Assembly (NCBI RefSeq): GCF_009914755.1
Contig: NC_060935.1
Reading direction: 5' to 3' (one strand)
DNA: 64,000 nucleotides
Origin: the human T2T-CHM13v2.0 reference genome, Homo sapiens
Shown here: positions 14,501 through 27,317 of the stretch, one piece after another
Position numbering within the stretch: the stretch's first letter is position 1
Layout of the letters: each line of letters begins with the position of its first letter
Position numbers and translations under genes: made by a program
Notes under the pieces: generated by a model
What the model was told of the DNA's origin: nothing
The model's database searches: none
The model's input: only the letters and a program-made list of their open reading frames with translations

Positions 14501-16029
14501 CATAGGTTTAGTGCTTTGGAAGCATGGTCAGTCCCCGGAAAATGCTCAAAGAGGGACAAACAAGAAAAATAGAGACTTTCCCTGGGCTCAGAGTCAGAAA
14601 CCTGGGCTTAAACCCAAGTGCCACGACTTTGGGCTTGGTCACTTTGGGCAAGGTATAGCCAAATTTATGTATAAACATGAAAGGAACTTTAATTTGGGGC
14701 CATCTAGTCTAGCCCCCAAATAGTTCTTTGATCATCTGAAAAATATTATGGAGAAATGGTCTTCAGCCTGATGTTTGAACCTTACTAGTAAAGAGAATTT
14801 TCATCTTAATGTGCCTTAGTGTTCTCGTCTATAAAAATATCTACCTCATAGAGATGTTGTATTAAGGGATAAAAGATAACTAGTTTACGAAGGCTTTCTA
14901 TATAATAACAGTAAACATTATTTTAAAATATGAGTGAGACCAAGATTGAGAATACTTTCTAAATTGCCAGATAAAATCATTACAAAGAGATAAGTTCTGT
15001 ACACAGCAAGCAAATACACAATCCCCATTTTTAGTCTCTTAAACCTTATGACCACTTTCTCTAAGACCGTTTTTGAAATTCAATTTAGTACTTCTAGTGG
15101 AAGAACAAAGGTGCAGTTTGCATATTCTGGGTTCCCTATTTATCTACAGCCACATTTTTTTTTTCTTTGCAAACTTTTCAAGATAAAAATTTTAAACCCC
15201 AGAGCTCTGGAAGATGCTTGCTCTCCCTTCAGCCAAAACAGGCATCCGGTTTCTACAATAAATGAGATCATAGCATCCCCACTCATACTGCTGTAGCTAG
15301 GAACCTGTCAGCATTTTTATTATAAAACCCTTTTCTTTCCTCTGGCTTGAGAGACCAACCATAGCAATTTGTTGGGGAAATAGCTACAGCAAAGGGCAAT
15401 GCACAAGTACAGAGAGAAAATGTCTCATTTTACAAAATTCAAAAAAGGTGTATTTAGGAATTAGGCAGGCCTGCAGAATCCCAAGGAGCATTTCTTTTGG
15501 ATGGTCATCTGGCCTTTTAAATAAAGAAAATAAAGTTTACTAATATTTAAAACAAAATTTTCTCAGGCAGCAGATGTTAGGAAAAAAGTTGTCTAGTTGA
15601 ATACCATCAGGCACCAATACATCTGGTAACAAAAGCTATAATAACACACACATTACTGAATCTGTGCTCACATGGAAACTGCTGTGAGGGAAGGGAGCAT
15701 TCTCTAGCAGACTCTGAAGTGAGATAATGGGGATGGGAAAGGTTATGCCAACTACTTCAAATAGGAGAAAATAGGATATATTAATAATATGCTAGAGATG
15801 ATAAATGAAACCTTATCTAGCAAAGTGATGGCACTTGGTGAATACTCAGCGAAGGAAGATTGAATACAGTTAATATATGGTCTGGTTGACACAGTTAACT
15901 CTTTTCTTTCTCACTCCTGAGTCTTGGGTATGAACATGAAAAAGCTTCTTTCTAGGTTATTTCATACTATGTTAATGCAAATAAAAGTGAAAAGAGAAAG
16001 GACTACATCTGAGAGAGTAAGAGAAAGAA

Positions 16030-16230
16030 AACTAATATTTATTTAATGATTACTACATGTGAGACATTGTATTTGTTGCTTTCTTGTTTGGTTGGTATAA
16101 CAAACACATTAAATATATCTTATCTATGTCATATAGATGAAGAAACTAGAGCTCAGAGAAGTGAAAGAGCTTCCCCAAAGTCACAGAGCTAATGGTTCAG
16201 TCACAATACTTTGCAGTGCCAAACTCTACC
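16030..16230 (-). mobile_element. MIR SINE
   Basis: agatgaagaaactagagctcagagaagtgaaagagcttccccaaagtcacagagctaat core. Confidence 0.75.
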
Positions 16231-17912
16231 CTCAGGACTTGCTTCTTACATCTATGTTTGCCTGCCCAAGAGCATACACAGAGTATCTTTGCTTGGTACA
16301 GAGGGTAGAATAGGATATATAATCTCACATTCTCTCCCCCTCTTCCTCCCTTTCTCCTTTCCCACTTCTATCCAAGGGGAAGGCACACCTTCAATGCCCC
16401 ACTACTACTTTCAACACTTCTCAAGAAGTGTTGGACCATAGAGATCAATTGTAGACTTGAATAGAAAATCAAATTATTTTTCCTTTCTGACACAGTACAA
16501 GGCTTTAAAAAACTGAGATTTACTCTGACTAACTCCTAAAATCCTTCTCTATACCTAAAGACATCATTGGTTCTCTTGTCTTCTCATTATCTGGAGCAGG
16601 GCCTTCAACTTACTGAAGTATGAGACTACTTTTAAACTACTGTATGGGCCCTCATCTGATATTAGTTGTACTTATGAAGAGAGAGTGTCACATAGCAATT
16701 AATAACTTCCAAATGAATAGCGTATAGATTAATTTTGAATAGCATATAGATTAATTCATGTCAAGTCCTTAGAATAAAACACTGTGGGTGGTGATCACCC
16801 AAAAAGGGTTAGTCCAATCTGCTTTGTGAGTTGTTTTTCCCATGTACATTTCTTAGTACTAGCTCACCAGCAAAACTGAAAGGTCCCCAAGGCAGGAACT
16901 ATTTTACCGTATTTGAGCATTAACCTGAGGTGCCCACTATAATGTTAAACATAATATATATGCTCAAGAGAGAACTAGAAATTGATTAATGGACAAGTGT
17001 ACCTACATTTCTCCAAATGGAGATTTTCACCAAACCATAATGAGGATACTTGAGACATGGCTCCAAGAGAAAAATCGAAGTCTCCTACCCTTAGATAATA
17101 AGCCAACTGACATGTGAGTAGCTGCCATCTTATTTGAGAACTTATAAAATAATATCATTATTATTTGATAATATGATAGTATCATTATTTGCCATATGAT
17201 GCAGTGATATCATTAATCCCTGCCTGGTTTAATCCATAATGTGGATATTAAGGCTGTTACAGTGCACTGGACCAGCATTTTAGAGATAATGACTGTTTTT
17301 AGTGTGCTCATTCATCAAACTAAATAATTTAAACTACTTTAGGAATTTGGAAAAAAACTTCAATAAAGATAATACATGAAACCCCATCAAAATTATGTAT
17401 TTTATATTAGGAATTACACACACACACACATACACACACACAAATGGAAGTTTCAAAAATATTACCTTATTTATAAGATTTCCAGAAGCCATCATTCAGG
17501 ATGCTATTGTTATTCTATCTGACACCATCATTTAAATTTATATGGAAAAAATATTACTGTGTTCTTTATAATCACTGAAATATATAATGTGTTCATAAGT
17601 CTGACAAGTACATTCATATATATATAGATATATATATATATATATATATATAGAGCTGAAAAAAGCATTAAAGTAGTTTTAAATGTTTTCTACTATTTAA
17701 ATGTTTTCTACTATGGTGTCTCTGGAAGTATAATCTGTGACTTACAATAAAGTAAATCCATAACCTTATGAGGAAACTATTTTAATTTCAATAAGATCAC
17801 CATGGCATGGAGATCTGATTGCGTTTATGATTTATCAGCTTCTCTGTACCTTACTAGACAAGAATGGCCAATTAGTGATGACAGAGCCAGGCATCTCACC
17901 CCAGATACTAGC

Positions 17913-17947
17913 TGCATTATTCAGGGTTCTCCAAAGAAACAGAACCA

Positions 17948-17995
<48 letters not shown>

Positions 17996-18487
17996 GATCG
18001 ATCTAGCTATCCTCCCCCACCCCCTCCCCCACCCCCCACACACATATGAATTGGTTCCCATTATCACGGAGGTTTTGTCCCAAGGTCAGCAGTCAGCAAG
18101 CTGGAGACCCCAGAGAGCCAACATGCAGTTCCAATTCTAGTCTAAAGGCCTGAGAACTGAGAAAGCTGATGATATAAGTTCCAGCACAAAAGCCAGCAGG
18201 CTCAAAACCCAAAAAGAGCCAATGCTTCACTTCAAGTCCAAAGGCCAGTAAAGATCAATGCATCAGCTCAAAGCAGGCAGGCAGGAGGAGCTCCCTCTTA
18301 CTCAGGCTTTTTGTTCTATTCAGGTCTTCAACTGGTTGGATGAGGCTCACCCACATTAGGGAGGACAATCTGCTTTATTGGGTCTACCAATTTAATCTCA
18401 TCCAGAAACAATCTCTCAGATATACCCAGAATGATATTTAACCAAATGTCTGGCCAGTCAAGGTGACACATAAAGTTAACCACCACA
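17913..18487 (-). mobile_element. MLT2-family solo LTR (ERVL) with internal (GA)n at ~17951-17992
   Basis: Termini tgcattattcagggttctccaaagaaacagaacc... and ...gtcaaggtgacacataaagttaaccaccaca. Confidence 0.88.
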
Positions 18488-19804
18488 TCAAGGTACCACA
18501 TTAAGTAATGCCTAGTCTTTATTTCAGGGATCTTCCAGGCATTATACTAAATGAATATAATATGGCTCCTGCCCCTAAAATCCCTACAGTTTACACGGGC
18601 AAATGGATAAGCAAACAGAATTTACAATTGAATATTACAATTAGGATACAATTATTAAGTATTACATGCCATAAGAGTCCAGGGGTAATTTAATTCAAAA
18701 GATACTGGGAATGATTTCACCATATGTACTTTATTTAAAACTTTCCCTGGATATCCATAAGTGAGTACAAGGCAAAAGGCTTCTTAAAGTCTGAGCTCTT
18801 TCAGTATTCTGAATTGTACAATTCAATATTCCCTTTCTGTGAACATACTTTATTGGTGGCATAAAAGTTAACCCTCCTTATTTTTTTATATTCAACGTTT
18901 TTCTCTCAAATTTTCTAAAATTAAAAATAAAAACTGTAAAAGACCTTGAAGTGGCAAGTATGTATTGTCAAGGGGGTCAAAAGGTCAATGCAGCCTGCTT
19001 GTTTGGGACATTCAGCACCTGTTTAACTCCTTAGCTCATTTTTCATTTTCTCTTTCTGGGTCAGGTATAATCTAGGATTTTTGTTTTTGGTATGAATTAT
19101 ATAAACTTCTAGATTCTTCTTTTTGTAGCATTAGAAGCCTTCAACAACGTGTTGGTAGGTTAAAATACCTCCAATTTACTGATAGGTGAATTTCAAAGTG
19201 TTTGATTTAATACTACCCAGTTGACTCTATCTGCAATCTACATCTTCTCAGCAATATGTAAAGTAGTTTAATAAAATAGAAAAAAAATCCACTTATTTTA
19301 TAGTTACCACATACCAGGCATTGTGCTAAATGTTTTGATATGTGATCTATCACTTAATTTTTACAACAGTCCTGAAAGGAGGGTGTTATTTTTCCAACTT
19401 CTTGCAGATAAAACTTGTCAGTTTCTCTTTTCTCACCTTGATTTCCAAAACTTCTAGTTCAGAGTTAGAGGTCATGACGTAGAAAGAATAACATTGAGTT
19501 CGAAACTAGAAGACCTAGTTGTAGCCTTGGCTGTGTAACTTGCTGTGTGACCTTGAGTAAGTCATATTCTATCCATGTGATTTAATAACCTCATGCAGAA
19601 AATGATAGTGTGAATACTATGAGAAATGATGTTTGGATCAAACTCCTCTCAAAAGAAATTCTTGTACAATAAAACTGACTCCTCTCATCAGTGTACCTTA
19701 CATTCAAATTCAGGTGTGCATAAATGACATTTTTGCAAATTGACTCATAGCTTAAAGGCACTTAAGCATAGAATCCTGCTATTTGAAAGAGTACAAAATT
19801 ATAT

Positions 19805-20040
19805 TGGAAATGAGTGTATATTCCAAATCTAACCTGCTTAGGTTCAAATTTTGGCTCTGCTATTTAAGAGTGATATGACTTTGGGCAAATTACTTAAACC
19901 ACCTGCACCCCAATTTCTCTACCTGTAACACTGGGGTAACCAGGGTAACTACTATACCCATCTCAAAGGGGCACTGTAAAGATTAAGTGAGTTGACATTT
20001 CTGAAAACACTGTCTGACAACTGGTAGCAGGTCAGTGTGT
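19805..20040 (+). mobile_element. MIR SINE
   Basis: ggttcaaattttggctctgc...tgactttgggcaaattacttaa core. About 20 further MIR/MIR3 fragments occur in the window and are not all listed. Confidence 0.75.
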
Positions 20041-21134
20041 GTATGTATTGAGAGAGAAACTGAAGTCTTGGCAATGTAAATAGCTGTCTCCTTAATGTAC
20101 CAATTTTGAACACTTGGATTTTTTGCATATTAGGTATTTTTGAGGTGATACAAAGCAATATAGTCGTGAGACTCCTATTAACTCAAAGTCTAACAGAGTT
20201 TTAACCCGATTCACAGGAGAAAAACTAGACTACCTCTTATTTACAAATCCATAAAGTAAAGATGAAGAATGTGATGACATATAAAGTAGCTTGCAGCAAT
20301 ATAAATTTATATAACTATGATTAAAATAAATGCAGAAATACCCATCATCAAGCATCTTAAATTATTTTTTAAAATCTGACTTAGTAATTTTACTTATTCT
20401 ATCCTATCCAAAGGAAATAATTTTAAATCCAAAAGAGACTTATTCCCCAAGATGTTGATTTTATTTTTAATAGTAGAAAATTTAAGGGGAAAAAAGCCAA
20501 AATATCAAAAGGATGGTTAACTGTTATACAGCAATTAAAATACATTCACAAAGCCTAATATAAATTTAAATTATTCAAATGCAGACTCAACATGATTACA
20601 ACTACACTTTTAAAATAAGTCATGTATAAACCAAGGAAACCAAAATAGTACTGGGAAACTAGGAAAATACACACTAAAATATTAAGTTTTTACATCTAGT
20701 CCTCTGAAACAAAAAGTATTTTCTAAAGTTTGTTTTTTGAATTTCTGTTTTTTTCTAATATATTTCAATGAACACATGTTACTATAAAATAAAAAAAAAA
20801 CATATACCAAAATTGTCAACCTTTGGCAATATTCAAAATAGGTAAAGGGAAACTACCCTGCTAGTGACAAAAAATATGCATAATGATATATGAATTGATG
20901 GCTCCTCTGCTACCACTAATGTTTTACAACAAAGTTGGCCACATTTAAATAAACAAATGGGCAAACAAAACTACTTCTCTGCCACAGAGACTGTCTAGGC
21001 AGGAAAAAGGGGTCTGGGAGAGGTGGAGAAAGGCAGAAGGTTCCAGGGAACTGTCCACCAAGGAGGTGCTGACAGGCCCTCTGATATTGGGTGAGTGTTA
21101 GAGCACCCTCTGGAGGCTGGGAGCCCACAACCCA

Positions 21135-21145
21135 TTTCCTCTTTC

Positions 21146-21228
<83 letters not shown>

Positions 21229-21229
21229 T

Positions 21230-21286
<57 letters not shown>
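21135..21286. repeat. 152-nt pure polypyrimidine tract, (CTCTTT)n then (CT)n
   Basis: Read directly from sequence. Confidence 0.97.
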
Positions 21287-21290
<4 letters not shown>

Positions 21291-21870
21291 CCCCGCCCCA
21301 CCCAAGACTTTCCCTTCCCATCTTTCCCTTCCTATCATTCTGTTCTATTTTCTTTCCTTCCCTGCTCCTTCTTCTGTTTGCCTGGTAACTACGGAGATTG
21401 GAAGAAATAACACTGGTAAAACACCTAAGATACTGTATATATGTTTAATAAAACCAAATTATTTTACCCCTTCCTTTTGCTGTTTTAGTCCTTGAACTCA
21501 TCCCTTTCTTCTTCTGATTCCCTCCCTTTTTTATTTTTCCATTTTCTTCCATTTTAACCTTCCACTTACTCTCCCTATTCTCTCTTTTGTGAGAGTCACC
21601 CTGTAGAAGAAAGGTAGGTTGCTTTCTAGAAGATGACTCCTTTCCTTTGAGGGTTAGGGCAGTTACAAAAGGTCCAAATACTCACCAGAAAAAAATAAAA
21701 TTTCAGGACTCTATAACATTTTCAAAAACTTTCCCCTATCTTAATATATAAAAACAATATTGAAGATACCTGATGTGTCCTACGGGCTTCACAGTGGTTC
21801 AGTTGAGCTGTTATATTAACAAATTGCTATTATGAGAAAGAAAGAGGTGCTCAAGTTTTAGCCATGTTTC

Positions 21871-22868
21871 TTTTAAAACTGTAAATATTCAAAATATACA
21901 ACATAATGTTTTGATATAGTGAAATGGTTACTACAGCCAAACTAATTAACATACCCATTATCTGTGTTACACTCTGTGTGTGTGTATGTGTGTGTGTATG
22001 TAAGAATACCTAAAATCTACTCTCTTAGCAAATTTCTGGTATACAATCCAATATTAACTATAGTCCAAACACTGTACCTGAGATCTCTAGGTTTATTCAT
22101 TCCACATAACCGCAACTTTGTTTCCTGCAACCCACATCTTCAAATTTCCTCCCAATCTCCCATAACCACCATTCTACTGAGTTTGTATGTGTTCTACTTT
22201 TTTTTTACATTCCACATATAAGTGAGGTCAGCAGCATTTTCCTATCTTCAGTTTATTTCATTTAGTTTAATGTCCTCCAGGTGTATCCATGTTATTGCAA
22301 ATGTAAGGTTATCCTTCTTTTCAAAGGTTGGATAATATTCTAATTTATAGAATAGATATAAATGTATCTCTATAAAATAGATACATGCCACAATTTCTTC
22401 ATCCATTTATTTGTCAATGAACACTTAGGTTGTTTCCATATCTTGGCTATTATGAATTATTTAAAATAGTGTTGCAGTGAACATGAGAATGCAGATATCT
22501 CTGTGAGATGCTAATTTCGTTTCCTTTGGTTATATATCTAAAAGGGGATTGCTAGGTTATATGGTAATTCTATTTGTAATACATTTAGAAACCTTCACAC
22601 TGTTTTCCATAATTATCACACTAATTTACATTCTCACCAACAGTGTACATAGGTTCCCTTTTCTCCATACCCTTGACAACACTGGTTACCTCTTGTCTTT
22701 TTGATAACAGCCATTTTAATAGTATGAGATGATATCTCACTGTGGTTTTGATTCTCATTTTCCTGATACTTAACGATGTTGAGCACCTCTCCTTGTACCC
22801 ACTGGCCATTTTAATGTCTCCTTTGAAGAAGTGTCTATCCAGGTCCCTTGTGCATTTTTTTTAACATA
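21871..22868 (-). mobile_element. 5'-truncated L1MA-type element (~1 kb)
   Basis: L1MA 3' end (aaaatctactctcttagcaaattt); ORF2 C-terminal remnant 22621-22809; TSD agccatgtttc (21860-21870) / agccatatttc (22869-22879) followed by AA. Confidence 0.88.
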
Positions 22869-25800
22869 AGCCATATTTCAATTACATCTTCCTTTTAATT
22901 AAAATAGTAAAGCAAAGGAATAATTGTAGAGAATACTGTAATTTATAAAGTATTTTTAGAATATTAGGACAAATAACAAATATTCTTTTATGTTTGTATG
23001 TATTTTTATCTTAGAAATATTGGGGAATAAAAGAAGGGAGACACACACACATGGACTGTGGACCTTTGCAATGCAGCTATAGACAAGATAAAGGAAAGAG
23101 AAATACTATATAGGCTGGCCCTTGAAATTAAATTCAATACTTTGATCTTTGTGGATGGAGAAAACAGTTAAGTGAAGGTAAAGTTGATGCCTATTTTCTG
23201 ATAATGACATAAAAACTACTATGACAAAGAAAAAAACCTTTTAGAAGACCTCCTTCCCCATGGCAAGCCCATTCCCATAAATAGCCTTGTAGGTGTGATG
23301 ATGGCATATGGACAGGGGCAAAAAAAAAAAAAAAGGTAGGGGGGAACTGATATAATAGAAAATCTTTTTTTTTGGAAGAAGGTTATTTTGGTTTCTCTCA
23401 TGAGAACTTAAGGTTAGATGGGACTGTAGGTGATCTGTATTTTAATAAAAGAAGTGGAATTACTTCCTCAATAGGCTTGGAATTAATTTCTGGAATAAAT
23501 GGTGTTGTACTTACGTTTGTATCTCTAATGCCCATCATAATGCCTAGCATGGAAAGACACTCCATGTTTACAGTCATAAGTCGTATAGTCAGTTAACTAA
23601 ATTGAATAGCTCTCAGGATGCAACAAGACGGACCCTGGAGATGGCTAAGTGACAAAAGAAGATAACTTTTGAGTGTCTAGCTTGAAAGCTCAAATTACTC
23701 AGCATCCTTGAAGCCATTCTGAGATAATTAGAGCAAACAGTTTTAGTGTTTTTGAAACTGACAGTCTGGCCTACCCATGAAAATGGTTTTAGACTTTGCC
23801 ATGTAAATAACTTTCAGGAAAGGAAATAAATATTCATCCTAATAATCTTATTTTCACACTTAGTAGGTAATCTTGAAATGACTGCAGGTTTCTGAAGTAT
23901 CCTTATTGAAATCTGTGTCTCCATGATTTTTTCAAAAATTATTTAAATCCCATTTTAATTACTAAAAGATTCAATGAAAATCCTTATTTTATATTTTTTT
24001 CTTAAATCAATATTGTAAGAAATGTAATCATCTGCCATATCACTTAAATTTGAGACCAAAGGGAACAAGAGCAGTTTATTGCTATGCCTCCAGTGTGTAG
24101 AATTTCTAGTGTGGTCAATAAATATTTGCTGATCAAATGGAATAATAGTATAATTTGTTAATTAATTTTCATAAATGTACTTCATTTTATGAATGTCATA
24201 TCAATATATAAATGGTTCCTATATTTTACATAAACAGCATAGAGCAAAGAAAAATAACTTTGGGAAAAGTAATGATTGATTTCTTAATAAAGATGAAGAA
24301 TTTATCAAGAGAACTATCTTAATAACAGTGGGAGCAGTTTCTCCTATAAGTAATAAGCCCACCTCAGTGAAGCTATGAAAATAATTAAGGCCATATAAGC
24401 AACAATCATTTGATGAATTTATACATAGTAAGTACTGCATGCATCTCATTTAACTGTTATTTCTCACAATGACATAGTAATATATACTGCAGTAGTTATT
24501 GCTGTGGCCACTTTACATATGAAGAAACTGAGACTTACATAAATCATATCAATAGTAAGTATAAAATTTAGCTTTGAAACTTAAGCCTGTCTGTGAGGTA
24601 AATTTTGCATATTATTTTCTGTTGTCATCTGTCAGATAATGTTGAAGAACTTCACTAGGAGGAAGGCTACAGTAGAAAGTCCCAATACTCTTTCCATATT
24701 TAAGATTATAAGATAGAATCCTTATGTCAACCCATCTATAATTAACCTTCTGTTAAGTATGGTTATAATATAATAATTGATCCCATTATAAAGGGATTTG
24801 AGAATTATCTTATTCAAATACTTTGCAAAATAAGATGGGTTAGAGTCTCTAAAAGCATTATTTTATTTTCACATAACATTAATTTATTTTTCAAAAAACG
24901 ATGTCTGCAAACACACATGACATAGGTGTTTCACTCTATTGACATGAATCTCTCTCATAAAGTGAATTTGTTAAATCCGAATACCAAAAGGAAGAGAACA
25001 TAAAGAAAGTTAAACTAATGTATTTCCTTAGCCTTAAAAAAAAAAGTGTGTGCTTGAAATTATTTTAATTCCCTCCAATATGGTTTGAAAGTTAGGGGAA
25101 AACCTAACAGCATAAAAGAAACTTGTTTGTAAATGAACTTGAAGGGTCGAATGCATATTCAACAACATTCTCTACACCAATGGCTTATCTTATTTGATTA
25201 TTAGCTTGTGTTTAATTTCCCTTGACAAATAATTCACCTTTGTTAAATATCATTTAGCACCGCTAAGTAATTCTTGTAAGTTCATGGGAATGGATTTTAA
25301 ACAGTAGCCATTGCAAGGATGCTACTGTAAATGCAGTTAGGAGAGTGAATAAAAGCATGAGGTAGGGGTGGCAGGTTGTATGGGAGAGAACCTAACTCCT
25401 TAGTTATTGGTGCTATTCATTCACATACATCTTCCTGACAGTGATGAACACACAAACCTTCAACAATTCTAAGATCTCTTCGGGGTTTCCAAAGGAACAA
25501 CAAGCTACTCTTTAGTATGGGCAATATATTTTTTAACCAACCCTACAGTGTAACCTATCATATTGAGTAGAAAAACATAAATCTCTGGCAATAATATTAT
25601 CATTCAATGACTTCATGAAAGACATAACCAGAGATTGTTAGAGCTGGCAGGTGCCTCAGAGATAATCTCATCCACAGTCCTCATTTTACAGAAGAAAATC
25701 TGAGGCCCAGAGAAGATTCTCTAGGCATAGCCAATATAAGACTTAAAATCCTGACTCCCAATTTTTCCGTTAAGCTTACACCTCCTGTGAGCACTATCCA

Positions 25801-26901
25801 TGAAGTTCAGTGTGTGTGTTTCATTAACTTTACTGCCTAAGGTGCTTACCAGCTGTCCAATCCAATCTCTGGTGTTATCTTTCAGAAAAATAGGAATTAT
25901 GTGATATACATTCACTTAGAGAAGTCAAACTTCAGTTATTTCAGATGAAGAAAGCTCTCTCTCTTTCTCTCTCTCTCTCCTTAGACAGTCACCATAGTAG
26001 CCACATGAAGTGTTTTATATAAATAAGCTGGACAAATCCACTGGCTTTTCACAACAAAAAGAAGTGAAGACTTGTAACTTACAGTAACAGGACATGCACT
26101 CAGGCCATTAATGGGCTAAAACTGTTCAAACACCAAGTTCTATGCATCTTTTTCAAGGAGTGCGTCGTCAGGTCCAACAAGGAAGCACCATTAATATATT
26201 TCAGAAAAGGAGCAATGAATGATAACCTGTTTTAAAAACCTTCAAACCTCATTTCTCTGGGAACACCAATCACCTTTACAAAAATCTGGGGTGGGACAGT
26301 TATTTACTACAAACTTCACTGAGTAACTGCGCCACCTCTTGATAAAATTTGTTTGTTGATTTCAAGTGGATTGTATAAAAGGGAAAAGCATGCAACTGGG
26401 GGCAACCTGAGCCTAGCTCCAGATTTTCTGTCTAAAATAAAAATAAGCTGTTTATCTTAAAAAATGTCAGTTTATCTAGAGTTCATCGACCACCCCACTT
26501 ACTCCTGCTAGTTAGCCCAGTGGGTTGGGGCTCTAGGTGGTAGTAACCTGAGATGAGTTCAGGAGCTCCCAAATTAGCAGTCTGGAGCCCAGTCACTAGC
26601 TAAATGCATAAGGAGATCCCAAGCAGAGAGCCACCCAAGGTGCCCCATTTCCGAGCTGCATCTGCTCTTGTAGCCTCTGTATGTTAGAGACCAGGGTCCC
26701 ATCACCATTGAGTTATGAGCCCAACATCGGACGCCAGAAAATCAGTGCGATCTCTTGGCCCCCAAACCCAGCTGGCTCCCAGAAAGAGCAGAGCAGTCGC
26801 AGCTTCTGTCACTCTCCCAACAGGCAGACATAAACAAGCAACAGAAGGAATTGTTCTCTCCCCCGAGGGAGGCAACATGCATTAAAAAGACATGAACCTC
26901 T

Positions 26902-26910
26902 TCCTACCTT
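26902..26910 (-). promoter_or_regulatory. 5' splice donor AAG|GTAGGA
   Basis: Plus-strand tcctacctt; GT at 26907-26906 directly follows the Lys codon ending the recognised peptide. Confidence 0.88.
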
Positions 26911-27009
26911 GCATCCAAACATCAACGATAAAGTGTTGTTGGTGCAAGCAACTTTGCAGTGGCAAATCATTGGTGTAAAACAGTCAGGGTCCTTAACAAC
27001 AGGGGACAT
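26908..27009 (-). CDS. DLG2: Alternative coding first exon of DLG2/PSD-93: MSPVVKDPDCFTPMICHCKVACTNNTLSLMFGCK (second in-frame ATG at 26970 gives MICHCKVACTNNTLSLMFGCK)
   Basis: 102-nt open frame from ATG 27009 ending exactly at a phase-0 donor AAG|GTAGGA, within a CpG island. Peptide matches the recalled PSD-93 alpha-type N-terminus that joins the common KYRYQDED exon. Confidence 0.9.
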
Positions 27010-27073
27010 TCCTTCCGGGCTGCGGCAGTGGCAGCTCGCTGGGGGACCCAAACGCTGTGCTCGCCGGGCACAT
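26993..27073 (-). promoter_or_regulatory. Candidate overlapping uORF2 (MCPASTAFGSPSELPLPQPGRNVPCC*)
   Basis: ATG 27073 (weak context TCCATGT), out of frame, spans ATG 27009, stops at TAA 26995-26993. Confidence 0.5.
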
Positions 27074-27084
27074 GGAGCGACAGC

Positions 27085-27135
27085 CTAGACCGAGCTGCCG
27101 CTTCGATCACTGCCCCCTGCACCCGCCGTGGCCAT
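27085..27135 (-). promoter_or_regulatory. Candidate uORF1 (MATAGAGGSDRSGSSV*), strong Kozak, in frame with the main ORF
   Basis: GGGATGG context; TAG at 27087-27085; 126 nt upstream of ATG 27009. Relevant only if the TSS is above 27135. Confidence 0.45.
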
Positions 27136-27272
27136 CCCGGAGCCCCGGTGGAAGCAACGCCGCGGGCAAGTACCGAGCCTCTCGGGGTCTCCCTTCCCTG
27201 GGGAACGAGGCGTGTGGGGGGAGGGACAGAACCAAGAAAGAATTTTTCCCCCTACGGTGAATTTGGGGGAGG

Positions 27273-27317
27273 TAAAATAAAAATAAAATAAAATAAAAAT
27301 AAACCATAAAAATAAAA
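27273..27317 (+). repeat. (TAAAA)n A-rich tract containing six AATAAA hexamers
   Basis: Read directly from sequence. Confidence 0.9.

Noticed and set aside
19011-19030. TTCAGCACC REST/NRSE left half-site
   Set aside because: No GGACAG right half follows.
20916-21495. R/E/K-rich and S/L/F-rich ORFs
   Set aside because: Translations of the (CTCTTT)n/(CT)n microsatellite.
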